DNA of 62,361 bases, the filler included. It is 4 parts of 4 records of this genome, joined end to end, with 100 filler letters (N's around TTAATTAATTAA, not from the genome) between each part and the next. Parts side by side here need not be neighbours in the genome. Positions count along the whole stretch, not along the records: positions 30,935 to 38,943 come from SRR20825019_3013; positions 39,044 to 56,833 come from SRR20825019_3014; 2 more parts are not named here. One strand, written 5' to 3'. Every line of letters starts with the position of its first letter. Within the stretch, counting starts at the first letter, position 1. The notes under the pieces are model-generated. The model did not search any database and was not told the origin of the DNA. It worked only from the letters and a program-made list of their open reading frames with translations. This document shows positions 31,655-42,614 of this stretch, in pieces. Position numbers and translations under genes: made by a program.

Positions 31655-32602
31655 ATGAAGAGGCCTCCTTTCGTTCCATCTGTGGTGATCCCTGAGGAGC
31701 AGCGGTGGGGCTTCACCACTCTTGATGTTGCCGCGGGCCTGCCCCACGCCAACCCCGCCATCAATGCCGCCAGCCTCCCCGAGTCACGCTCCCCGCACCC
31801 CTTCCGCCTGCTACAGTACAACGTGTGGTTCGGCAGCTTCGAGAACGACCGGCGGATGAGTTATCTGGGGCGGGTGATCGAGGAGTGCCAGCCTGACGTG
31901 ATATGCATGCAGGAGGTCACGGATGAACTGCTTTGGCACATGGGTCACAGCGACTGGTTCCGCCACTATCGCCGGTCACACGACCGTGTAGAGAGGGAGG
32001 TCGGATACCAGGAGATGATCTTCTCCCGAACCGGCTTCGGCTCCGTAAACACTGGGCTGTTTGAAAACTCGAGGATGGGACGCGGCTGGACCATTGCCAC
32101 CGTCCCGGTGTGTGTCTCTCCCGCAGGCACGGGGGCGCCGTTGAGTGTATGTGTGGGGACCTCACACCTTGAGAGCCTGGGCGGAGAAGTGAACAGCACC
32201 CTCAGGGGGGCCCAGCTATCCCAATGCCTCCACCGGGTCCGTGGCGTCTCACAGCGAACGACGGGTGGCTATCGGAGTGTGTTTGCGGCTGATACAAACA
32301 TGCTTCCGTCGGACCCGGATGAGTTGCTCCCCGCGGGCTGGGTGGACGCGTGGCGTGCCTTGAATATGCCGATGGAGCTGGATGTCTGCGCGACGTATAA
32401 CGGAAGGATGAACCCGGTAGTGATGGGGGATGTTTATGTCAGTCGCCTCGATCGAATCTACGTCGATGCCGCGGCGACGGGCGGCCAGGGCGGTATCACA
32501 CCGCGTTCGTGTGCCCTGGTGGGGACGGAAGCGGAAGGAGAGGTCCCTTCTGTCGTTCCGAGTGACCACTACGGGTTGCTGCTGGAGTGTGACATTGCTT
32601 GA
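31655..32602 (+). CDS. TDP2-like EEP (endonuclease/exonuclease/phosphatase) protein, eukaryotic
   Basis: YNVWF, DVICMQEV, SRMGR, TSHLES, ADTN, WVDAW, SRLDRI, PSDHYGL; the 5' end could have upstream exons. Confidence 0.85.
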   Translation: MKRPPFVPSVVIPEEQRWGFTTLDVAAGLPHANPAINAASLPESRSPHPFRLLQYNVWFGSFENDRRMSYLGRVIEECQPDVICMQEVTDELLWHMGHSDWFRHYRRSHDRVEREVGYQEMIFSRTGFGSVNTGLFENSRMGRGWTIATVPVCVSPAGTGAPLSVCVGTSHLESLGGEVNSTLRGAQLSQCLHRVRGVSQRTTGGYRSVFAADTNMLPSDPDELLPAGWVDAWRALNMPMELDVCATYNGRMNPVVMGDVYVSRLDRIYVDAAATGGQGGITPRSCALVGTEAEGEVPSVVPSDHYGLLLECDIA

Positions 32603-32750
32603 ATTCTTGGCAAATCACTGGAACATTCGCGACTATGCCGCCTCCCTCCTACCGAAGCACTGCGCAGCAATGAGCTTGCCATCCAAATCCCGGACTGTGG
32701 CGCGTGTCCGGATCTAGACGATATCGCCTTACGACTGCCGTCCGCATGAT

Positions 32751-35700
32751 TTAAAGGACAAAAATGGTCTCTTTCACCATGGTTGAGAATCGTTCCGACA
32801 GGGCAGTGGCACGCAGCCTCTGGGATGACGTGGGTGTGCTGCCACTGTTCTCGTCATCGGCACCAGTACGCTCCTTGTACAAGGCAGGGCGCGGCCGCCG
32901 GGCCTCGGAGCCACCGCCATCCCGTTTGGGGGGTGGTGTGGGGCGGAGCATGGTTGAATGATCAACAGATACCTTGCGGGTGGATTCCGGTGCCGCCTGG
33001 GTGCCCAGGGCGGCGGCCTCCTCAAGTGTGAGTTCCTCGGAGAGCCGTCCTTGCAGGAATGTTGCCAGTCTCAGTAGCGGCTCGCCTAGCGATGTGGACG
33101 CGATGCCGTCGTCCGTCAGGATGGCTTGGATGGCGGTCACCATCCGGTTGACCACCGACGCCCCGTTGGTCCCGCCCGCCTTGCCCACGCCAATCTTTGC
33201 CATCTCTCTCGCATATATAGCCGCCAGCCCCTCCAGAATGTCGAGCATCAATAGGGTTCGGTTCCGGTCGTCACTCGACACATCCTCCATCTTCCGCGCA
33301 GTGTCAATGCTGTTCACGGCGTTGGCCAGGCATCTGGTTACAGCTTCGTCGTCGGCGCCGGCTTCGCAAGCCTCGAGCAGGTGGAGCGCGCCGAGGAACA
33401 TCGAGCAGTCTATGACAATTGGGATGCGGTGCCCTTCGGTCGCCATGGGTCTGCGGGCACGCGAGTCAGCTCGATCGGACAGGGACAGGAATTTACGCAC
33501 AAGATCACGGTCGTAATCATGGTTTTTGCTCCTACCAAACTTCCGGCAAGCATCAGGATCCGAGCATGGTAGTACAACGCAAAGAACTCGGTGAGACTCT
33601 TGATGTCGCTGTATATCTCGCTGATGGACTGGAGCTCACTCGCCACCTTAAGGAGCCTCTCCACAGTGACATCCGCATCAATAAACACCGGGACCGATGC
33701 CGAGACCATCTCATACACCTGTGCCACAACGGATTTGAGCATCAAACTTTGTCACGCACGTGCACCCCCACCGACCTTCATCACATGACCACCCGCCCCC
33801 CGGGGCTTCTTTGAGAGCCCTGCGGCCTCGACAATCCTGCCCATCCTAACCAAGGTGGACTGGAGAGACTGCCAGTCCGCCGCTCGCGTTAGGGCGAATA
33901 TCATGTGATTGAACGCGATGAATTTGTGAGGCAACTTGTTGCTCTTGTCAACCTCTGTGTTGGCAAAGTCGAGCAGCCTCGATGCCACTCCATAGTTGAA
34001 GCTTCGGATCTCATACGCCGCGCTGGAACCTCCGAATGGCTGCGCGAATCAATTCCGGTCAGACATCGCCACAAAAACACACACAACTCCTCACCATGTG
34101 CCAGGGGAAACTCCACTGCTCCTCGATCGCCTTTTGATTGGAAGCGACCCAGCTGGTGAAGATGCTGTGGTCTTCGTGTGACGGGGCCAGCTTCGTGCCG
34201 GCGAAATATGCGCTCCACCGCTCCAGAGTCATGGCCTGCATGACTGCTGCCTTAATGGCTTCCACGTCCTCCGGCGGGACCCCCTCTCTCCACCGCGCCT
34301 CCACCGCCTCCACCGCGACAGGGACGATCGGCATTAGGTCAAAGAGCGGCTCATATCCGCGCCCTCCGGTGATCACACTGAACGCGGCCTGTGACAGGAG
34401 CGAAAATCTATCCGGCAACGACTTCGCCTCGCTGCCCTTCATAACGTCACTGCCCAGCAACAACAGCAGCCGCTCAAGGACCAGCTGTCGTTGGTCTTTC
34501 ATTCCCGGCAAGAAGAACATAGTCCCCATCAGCTTCTGCAGCAGCTCCAGCTCCTGCAGAAGGGCACGCCTCCACTGCTCTCTGCGTCTCTCCGCGCTGC
34601 CTCCTCCGAGGTCATTCGGTGACATCCGGACGCGCCTGGAATCATAACTCGAAGTTCTGCGCCCGTGCGAAGGGAGGTCGTAGGAAGAATTTCTCCGGCC
34701 TAATGGACGGAACAACGACGCCTCCTCCTCATCGAACCACACCCTGATGAGCTCATTCGCCTGGAGCCACCGCTCGATGGCCATGATCGACTCGCGCTCG
34801 GTCGGAGATCGCTTTCCCACAAGAACCATCCCCAACTTCATTATCGCAAGCACATATTCCACCCTGTACGGAGTGTCGGTGATTCCACCCCTAAGCATGT
34901 CATTGACCGCGATCTCGAGCACAGGAATGATTGCGTCGTTACCGGCCGCATCCGCCGCCGCGCCCTCCACGTGGTAGAAGGCCTGGAGTCCGCGGCCCAG
35001 GGCCGCGATCTGCATGGCATTGGTTGATATCCCCATGCCGACGACGTCTACAAAAGACAGGACGTCCCGGTTGCTGATCGCAAACTCAGGGAAGGTCCTG
35101 AAGTCGGAGTAGCGGGCGATGGTGGATGGCAACACCCGGATGTCGGATCGCGTGCAGAGCCTCTTGAAAAAGTGGCCCCAGTGGAGGTAATCTCGGATAC
35201 AGCCTTTGATGCCCGGCATCAGGATGTGCATTTGGCCGGTCAGCGCCTCCAGAGCCATCGCGGCGGGATCGGACACTCGCGCCTGGACCTTCACTGCGGC
35301 TGCCTCGGCCTCCTTCGGCTTCTTTTCCAACGATGGGCGGGTGAAGCGGCGCGCGATGTACCGAGCAGAATATATCCACAGCCGGTGCCCGGCGATCGAG
35401 CGGCCGCCGCTGGCGAAGACGTTATTGATGTATTTCAGCCCGAGCATAATGTAGTCATAATCGGCGGGGAGCGAGCCGGACTTCTCACTGGCCGCCCGCA
35501 GCACGCCACCGAGAATCTTCTTGTGAGCACGATAGAACAGTTCCGCCACAAGGATTCTGACCCAGTCGGGATTGGTCATATGCTGAATGAGCACCAGGAG
35601 GTGACGGACGTTGATTCCTGCAGTGTGCATCTCAGCAGTGAGATCGATGCCTACAAGAGGTTTCTCAGACAACCAGCGCGCGAAGTTCGGTATGGATTCC

Positions 35701-37977
35701 TCCAACATATAATCGTAAGCCTGGTGTGCCACCCGCTCGTGCTGGACGCGCTGGGATTCTTTGGACATATTCCATGGCGTGAACACGTCACTGACCATGG
35801 CCTCGGGATTGCTCAGAACGAACTCTCCTCTGAAGAGGCGGTACCACAGCGGGGCACTGCTGCGGTCGCGTTTGCTGCCGGCGTCGAGAGGCTCCGGAGG
35901 GAAGATTCGCGCAAAATCCAGGCAGTAGAGCTTGTCATCCATCCTGCAAAACAGCGGTGAGCCGACATCCATACACCACAATCGCATCACAATACCCGCG
36001 ATGAATCTCGAAGTCGCCACACAGAGCCATGTCGACTCCGGCCACCTGGTGCAGCTCAAGGTTCAGCCGCTGCCCCAGGGCCTCGGCCACGCGCGCCGCA
36101 GCAATGTCATCCTTGTGGCACGTGGAGCCGCCATCCGCCGACCCATATACAAGTGTGTCCTCAGCCACCGGAAGGATGCTGCAGCGCTCATCAGAACGAG
36201 TCGACCGCGGGCCCGATCGTACAAGTACCTGCTGGCGACGACTCGGTGGCCCTTATACGTCACTACGCATGAGAGCGGGACTGACATTCCCTCCACCGTA
36301 TCCCCCAAAGAGTCCGTCGCGAGGCATCGGTAAACGGCGTCGAGCCCCTTGATTTCATGCTGGGCAGCCTTGGCCGCGTTATCATCACCGTTATAGATCC
36401 CATATACATCCACCGCGAACTGGGTTCAGCGTTGTCAGCACCCGCCCGGGCATACCTGATGGAACGCACCTTAAAGAGAATGCCCCCCGCCACAAACTTG
36501 AAGCCGCCAGCAACGCCTAGGCGCATCGGAAGGTCAGCACGGCTAGGATATTACGCAGTCTGGGCCATCCACTTACCACCGATGTCGGCGGGTTTGATAG
36601 ACTTGTCCTCCGTCTTCAGGTGATACTCACTGACAATGACGCGGGTGTACATCTCTGCAGTGCCGCAAAACGACCACGACAATGCCCCCACCTCGGTGAG
36701 CAACTTCAGTTCCATCGAGCGATTGTTCTGTTTCCGCGCCTCGGAAAGACGATTGAGAACCGCCCTGAATCGGTTCAACTGGGCGGCATCGTCAGTGGCG
36801 ACAAGAGAGGGCGCGGGGCAACGGAACCCACCCAAAAGTACCGAGTGAAGGCCTCCGTTTCCGACTCGTTCTCAATCAACGCCGCAAGCTCCTCCCGCTA
36901 AGACATGACCACAGTCCTTAGTCCGGGTCTACGACTGCACGACACCAGACCCACCTCCGCCTGCGCCTGCGCGGTGCTCCCCTTCATAGAGTACAAGTCC
37001 TTGTAGATCTCGGTATAGTCATACTTGACCCTGTCCCCATTGACTGCTTCATCATACAAGTACCAATTCCGCGCCAATTGCATCTGTGGATACTCCGAGG
37101 ACTCCCGCCGGACGCCGGGGGGCGGTTCTTCAATCGCCGGGTCGCCAATCGTAGCGCTTTCATAACGCGACGCCGCGGCCTCGGGCTCATGGGCCTGTTC
37201 CTGTGACTTCTTCAGCGCGTGGCACAGGCACGTGGCGCACTCAAACTCGCAGTACAACCCCACTGCGCTGACCCGGCACGATGGCTGCACCGGCGAGCAA
37301 TTGACCAACTTCTGAGCGAAGAATATCACAGACTCCTCCTCCAAGTTCCTCACATAAGCCGCTAGGGCCGCGCGGAGCGGGGCGGCCTCGGGGCGGATGC
37401 GGGAGCCATCATTGCCGCCCCCCTTCTCCATCCTCCGCCGGGTGTAGTCCGCCACCACTTCGGGAAAATAGGAGTGGTCCGTCGCGTCCTGGGAATCTAG
37501 TCAGTGACACAAGGGCCAGCAGGAGTTACAGGGCCCTACGTTATAAGCAAGAACCTGGGTGGATATCATGGATGCGAACGACTTAGTTGAGACACCGCCC
37601 GCCCCCAAGGTCTCCAGCGCCCCCATCACATCGTCCGATACCCCCGACCGCCCGCCCACGTCTATGACGCCGGCAGTACTTTCGTTGTCCTCACTATCGC
37701 TGGCGGCGTCGGTCGCCTCGCCGGGGACGTGCGGCGTACTGAACGACAAGGTGGGCACGGCGCCCGTGGGACCACTCCACACAACGCTCGCTGCAAGACT
37801 GGCTGGCCCGACCTCGGTCAGCTCGGCGCCGACCTGCCGGGCCCCGTTCACCAGGCTGCACAGCGCTGACTGAAGCGCCGTGGCCTCAGCGGAGCTCATC
37901 CTTACTCGCTGCTGGAAGCCCTCGCCCTGGTAAGAGAGTCTCGTATCTATAGTCTCAACAACGCGTGGGCCCGGCAC
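32751..37977 (-). CDS. Spliced Clu (clustered mitochondria)-domain gene, at least 10 introns; 5' end uncertain
   Basis: Removing GT-AG introns 37489-37539, 36898-36954, 36779-36831, 36517-36576, 36420-36469, 36179-36228, 35944-35995, 34040-34094, 33719-33775 and 33451-33500 joins the ORF pieces in frame and restores Clu motifs: IKPADIGG|VAGGFKF..GILFK|FAVD..AAKAAQHEIKG..YKGHRVVAS|SILP..LVYGSADGG..EIHRG|MDDKLYCLDFARIFPPE. Confidence 0.85.
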
Positions 37978-38943
37978 CGCTCCCCAGCTGACACGATGGT
38001 CGCCTCTGGCATAGGCTCATAGCGGCCGGGGCCTAGCGGTCGTGGCGCATCTAGCCTCCGGCTGGCCTGGTGGCCCGGGCGGCCTTGGTATCCGGACGGG
38101 TAGGCATGACAGGCGGCCGGAGACCCGGCAACACGAAGTTGGCCTGCCGCCGGCCTCCCTTGCCGGCCGGCGCCACTCAGGCGTTCCGGTTCTCGTGTTC
38201 AGTTGGGGAGCGTCTGGTCGCGGGCTCAGTGGCAGGGTCGGCCCCCACCGGGCCCGGCCAGGGGCCACCCGGGCCACCGACGCATCCCACGGCGACCCGG
38301 GAGGGCGTGCCGCAGGGACCGGCTGGTGCGGTGGGTCGCAATCACTGAATCGCCATACGGTTCCCGGCCGCGGCTGCCCGCGCCGGCTGCCTGGCGCGCC
38401 GGAGCCCAGTCCTGGCTTGGCCAGGTTGCCGAGTTCGGTGGGGCCATCGCCACCACGGTTCCGCAATCAGTAACCGTCGGGCGGCTCGTCTGCAGGCGGG
38501 ACCGGCGTTCGGATCGCCGGCTCGCGCGCCCGGCGATACCGGGGCTCAGTGGGCGCCCCCCGGTGCGCCGTTCGGCAGGCGTTGACAAGGGCGCCGCGCC
38601 AATGCGAGCACGTCCACCGCGCCGGTCAATTCGAATTGCTGAGCGTACAAGCAAACTCCGATACTAGGCCAAATTTGGAAATGGATACAAATCCTCCGGG
38701 AGAGTCGTCCCCAGTCACGGTGCGGTTCAGGTGTTGTGGTCATCACGACTGATCGAGAATACCGACCGTGAAGTTATCTCCAAATAGCGGAACTCCATCA
38801 GGCTGACCGGCTTGCTTGCGGAGGATGGGAACTAAGCGTTCGGCTCGTCTTGCCAGCCCCCGGGGCGGCCCGCGGCCCGGCGGCCGCCCGGCCGCGCCGC
38901 CTGAGCCGGGCCCGGGCCCCCGGCAAGGTTCCAGGGGGGGGGT

Positions 38944-39043
38944 NNNNNNNNNNNNNNNNNNNNNNNNNNNNNNNNNNNNNNNNNNNNTTAATTAATTAAN
39001 NNNNNNNNNNNNNNNNNNNNNNNNNNNNNNNNNNNNNNNNNNN
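38944..39043. other. Artificial contig linker
   Basis: Same N-TTAATTAATTAA-N structure. Confidence 0.98.
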
Positions 39044-39354
39044 GCGCCGTCATGGAATTTCAGCCCGTCGCGCAGGGTGAAGCTCCAGATCTTGCCGTCC
39101 TCGGATGTTTCCCAGGTGTCGACCATCTGCGGCTGCGGTTTGAAGTCCTCATCCATCGCGAAGAGCGTGTCATAGATGAGATAAGCGTGGTTGCGGGTGA
39201 TGTAGGCCGTCGTCCAGATCGGATCGAGGTTCTTCAGGTCCGCATGCGGGATAACCCGCAGAACCGTCTCAGCGCTCGCCAGGGTCGGTGTCCCTACCAA
39301 TGGCAGGGCCACGACCGCGAGAGCCATCAGGCTGCGTCGTGTCCAACGAATCAT
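39044..39354 (-). CDS. ABC transporter substrate-binding protein, family 5 (3' truncated)
   Basis: Tat-like TRR signal; LDPIWTTAYITRNH, YDTLF, FTLRDGLKFHDG. Confidence 0.9.
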
Positions 39355-39530
39355 ATTCAATATCCCTGTTCCGTATTTTTAGGTTAGGCGCGAGGTTGGC
39401 CCCGTCAGTTACCTATTTTGGAGCGTTATTTTTTGCACCGCACCATGTGCGAGTCAATAAATCCGCAGGGTTGAACACGAAATATTTTTGCAATGGAGAC
39501 GTATAATCCGCCCGGCGAGGCAGCCTGCAT

Positions 39531-40160
39531 TCAGGTCGCGGACACCGCCCGCATCTCACCGACTCCCTGCCGGATAATCTGGAACGAAGACCAGCAGAAC
39601 AGGCTTGCCATCACGCCTGCGACGGCAAGGTCAGGCCAGCCGGTTCCGCTCTGCCAGACACCGGCAGCGGCGAGGACCACGGCAACATTGCCGATCGCGT
39701 CATTGCGCGAGCAGAGCCAGACGGAACGGACATTGGCGTCCCCGTCCCGGAACCGGTAGAGCAAGCCGACGCTGGCCATGTTGGCGACAAAGGCCAGAAC
39801 ACCAACCACACTCATCACGGCAGCCTCGGGCACACCGACCACCAGAACCTGATACGCGGTCGAGCCAAACACCCAGACCCCCATCAGAGCCAGGGATATC
39901 CCCTTGAACAGCGCGGCACCGGCCCTGACATTCGCCGCCTTGCCGATGACATAGAAGCTCAGGGCATAGGTTGCGGTATCGGCCAGAAAATCGAGCGCAT
40001 CCGCTTTCAGCGCCATCGATCCGGCACCAAACCCGGCCGCCATCTCGACAACGAACATTACCCCGTTGATCAGAATTACAGCCCAGAGCGCCCGACGGTA
40101 AGCCGCTGACATTCCTTCGAAAACCACATTCTCATGATCGTGACCACAACAGCCGGCCAT
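39531..40160 (-). CDS. Cation efflux (CDF-like) metal transporter
   Basis: N-terminal CCGHDH, ALKADALDFLAD, NVRSVWLCSRNDAIGN. Confidence 0.9.
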   Translation of the reverse strand: MAGCCGHDHENVVFEGMSAAYRRALWAVILINGVMFVVEMAAGFGAGSMALKADALDFLADTATYALSFYVIGKAANVRAGAALFKGISLALMGVWVFGSTAYQVLVVGVPEAAVMSVVGVLAFVANMASVGLLYRFRDGDANVRSVWLCSRNDAIGNVAVVLAAAGVWQSGTGWPDLAVAGVMASLFCWSSFQIIRQGVGEMRAVSAT

Positions 40161-40195
40161 GGCTCGCTCCTCGACAAATCACCTCGTTGACCCTA

Positions 40196-40226
40196 AATAT
40201 GGGAGCTACAGCGACTGTAGGTTCAA
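40196..40226 (-). promoter_or_regulatory. MerR-type promoter/operator for the transporter
   Basis: -35 TTGAAC, 19-bp spacer holding the dyad CTACAG-N3-CTGTAG, -10 CATATT. Confidence 0.85.
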
Positions 40227-40255
40227 GAGAGAATGAGCGACAAATCGAGAATGCC

Positions 40256-40741
40256 ATGACGCAACCTGCCATCACCGATACAGCCCCGCGTTATCCGATT
40301 GGCGATCTTGCCCGTCAGACGGGTACAAAGGTGCAGACCATTCGCTATTACGAGTCCATCGGCCTGTTGCCGAAACCCGCACGCACGGCAGGTAATCAGC
40401 GGGTCTACGGCCAAGATCAGCTCGACCGGCTGGGCTTCATAAAACATGCCCGCGACTTTGGTTTCCCCCTGGACGCCATCCGCGAATTGCTGGACATGAC
40501 CGATCGGCCCGCCGCTTCCTGCACAGAAGCGGACGAAATTGTCAGCCGCCACCTGGGCGAAGTCCGGAAACGGATTGGCCGTCTGCAAGCTCTGGAAGGA
40601 GAACTGGCCCGGATGCTGAAAAGCTGTTCGCACGGAACCGTGGCGGACTGCCGGGTTATCAACGTGCTGTCGGATCACGAAAAGTGTTGCACCACCAGCC
40701 ACGAGCCGGTGGAGACCATGCCGTACCGGGCGCCGGATTAG
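40256..40741 (+). CDS. MerR family metal-responsive regulator (CadR/ZntR-like)
   Basis: IGDLARQTGTKVQTIRYYESIGLL, RTAGNQRVY, Cys residues SC...C.....C; ATG 40256 preferred. Confidence 0.92.
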   Translation: MTQPAITDTAPRYPIGDLARQTGTKVQTIRYYESIGLLPKPARTAGNQRVYGQDQLDRLGFIKHARDFGFPLDAIRELLDMTDRPAASCTEADEIVSRHLGEVRKRIGRLQALEGELARMLKSCSHGTVADCRVINVLSDHEKCCTTSHEPVETMPYRAPD

Positions 40742-40980
40742 CTCTCGTCCTCCGGATCGCCCGCCCGCTCGTCATAGCCATGCTTGGAGCTGTAGAAGGC
40801 CAGCCACATCAATCCGCCCCCCAGTAGCAGAGTGAAGAAAGACCCGATAGCCAGAGCGATGAAGCCATGGATGCTGATCTGAACCTCGTCATCAATGGCA
40901 AACCACATCTCCCACACGCCCCAGAGGGAGAACCCCAGAAGCGCAAAAAGACCTACGGCGAGCAGAATTATATTACGCAT
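40738..40980 (-). CDS. Small membrane protein
   Basis: Two TM helices; LMWLAFYSSKHGYDE tail. Confidence 0.75.
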   Translation of the reverse strand: MRNIILLAVGLFALLGFSLWGVWEMWFAIDDEVQISIHGFIALAIGSFFTLLLGGGLMWLAFYSSKHGYDERAGDPEDES

Positions 40981-41060
40981 TGCCTATCGCCCAACATGAT
41001 TTGACCAAACTCAGAATATGGGCGCACTCTCGCTCTAATCGACAAAAACGGGAACAGTTT

Positions 41061-41765
41061 ATGACGTGGTCAATCGTCGCACGCGATCCTAAAAGCGGCC
41101 GTTTCGGCATTGCGGTCTCGACCTGTGCTTTCGCCGTCGGCGCCATCTGCCCCTGGTCCCGGGCCGGTGTCGGAGCCATTTCCACCCAGGCCCACACAAA
41201 TCCGCTGCACGGCCCGCTCGCGATTGACCTGATGACGCGCGGCCTGCCGGTGACCGAAGCGCTCATCATGACACTGGCTCACGACGAGGGCCGGGAAATC
41301 CGCCAGGTGCACGGTGTCGATGCCAAAGGAAATGTGTTCGCCCATACCGGCGCAAACTGCGTCGACTGGTGCGGGCATCTTACGGGAGACAATGTCACCG
41401 TCGCCGGCAACATGTTGTCCGGTGCCGCCGTGGTCGCGGACACCCTCGCCCGCTATGAAGCAACACCCGAACTCGAATTCGGCGACCGCCTGCTGACGGC
41501 CCTCGAAGCGGGAGAGGCCGCCGGCGGCGACAAACGCGGCAAACAATCCGCGGCCCTGCTCATCCAGGGCAGCGAGCCCTATGCCGAAGCCGACATCCGC
41601 ATCGACGACCACCCGGAACCGGTCACCGAACTGAGACGACTGTTCGGTATCTATGCAGGAAGCCGCCGCGCCTATATGCGCACCATGGGCGGGATCGGAG
41701 ATTTTGCGGGTATTGTTGATGACGCGGAGCGGGATGCTTTTGTTCAGCGGGAACAGGACCGTTAG
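41061..41765 (+). CDS. DUF1028 family (Ntn-hydrolase-like) protein
   Basis: MTWSIVARD, GAISTQA, AGNML, AGGDKRGKQSAAL, RIDDHPEPV. Confidence 0.9.
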   Translation: MTWSIVARDPKSGRFGIAVSTCAFAVGAICPWSRAGVGAISTQAHTNPLHGPLAIDLMTRGLPVTEALIMTLAHDEGREIRQVHGVDAKGNVFAHTGANCVDWCGHLTGDNVTVAGNMLSGAAVVADTLARYEATPELEFGDRLLTALEAGEAAGGDKRGKQSAALLIQGSEPYAEADIRIDDHPEPVTELRRLFGIYAGSRRAYMRTMGGIGDFAGIVDDAERDAFVQREQDR

Positions 41766-41773
41766 CGCGCCAA

Positions 41774-42553
41774 TCAAGTTGCAGAAAAATCCGAATACCC
41801 CCTCACCCGGTGCATCACCGAATGATCCCGGTCGATCTCACCAAGCGGGCATATATCCCAGTCCCAGGATCGGCCACCTGACGGAAGCGGCACGTCGTGC
41901 AGGGCCGAAACAGTCGCCGTGAGCACGCCGGAGCGGTCCCGGATGACGTGTGCCTCGTCGGCAACCAGTGCCACGGGGCACTCGAACGCGCTGAGATAAT
42001 CGAGATGCGCGCGGACAAGAGCCTTCCCCAGTTGCTCGCTTTCCGCCTCGCTTTGCTGGAATCGCTTCTCCAGATAAAGGTTCGGCACGACGGAGAGCTG
42101 GGACAGGATGCTGGCGGAGATCACCAGCGAGATTGACGGGTCGTCCAGATAGGCCGTCGGCTGTGTCAGCCCGGTGTTTCCGTCGGCAAGGGATGTGAGC
42201 GAAGCGGTGACGTCGAGCGTGACCAGCTCTATTCGCTCCTCCAGCCGCGCTGCGCGCCGGGCCGGTGTCATGAAGAGAAGGTCTGCCAGAATGACGCGCC
42301 GGAACATGCCGAGCAGATCCGCCAATGGGATGTCATGCAGCAATCCGGCACCGAAGATCAGAACTGTGTCCCGCGCGTTGCATTGTCCGGCCGCCTCCAG
42401 CATCAGTTTGCGGCTTTCTTCCAGATGCGAGGCCCATGCTTTCCGGTTCCGCCGATACCGGCTCTCGATACCGACACATTCCCGCAAATACCCCATCCGC
42501 CGGTAAGGCTGCGGGCACGGAGTTGTGAGATAGGTGAAGCATTCGCGAATCAT
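41774..42553 (-). CDS. Hypothetical protein, possible Rossmann/SAM-like fold
   Basis: Start MIRECFTYL preferred; VLIFGAGLLHDIP..VILADL. Confidence 0.7.
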   Translation of the reverse strand: MIRECFTYLTTPCPQPYRRMGYLRECVGIESRYRRNRKAWASHLEESRKLMLEAAGQCNARDTVLIFGAGLLHDIPLADLLGMFRRVILADLLFMTPARRAARLEERIELVTLDVTASLTSLADGNTGLTQPTAYLDDPSISLVISASILSQLSVVPNLYLEKRFQQSEAESEQLGKALVRAHLDYLSAFECPVALVADEAHVIRDRSGVLTATVSALHDVPLPSGGRSWDWDICPLGEIDRDHSVMHRVRGYSDFSAT

Positions 42554-42614
42554 CCGGTAATGGTAGAGGCACGGGAGGCCCGTTCCAAGAGCGGCCCTCC
42601 CTGCCATCCAGCGA

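Noticed and set aside
38017-38943. Overlapping ORFs and a GC-rich palindromic tract
   Set aside because: Low-complexity GC-rich frames with no motifs, at a contig end; may hold the unresolved 5' exons of the Clu gene
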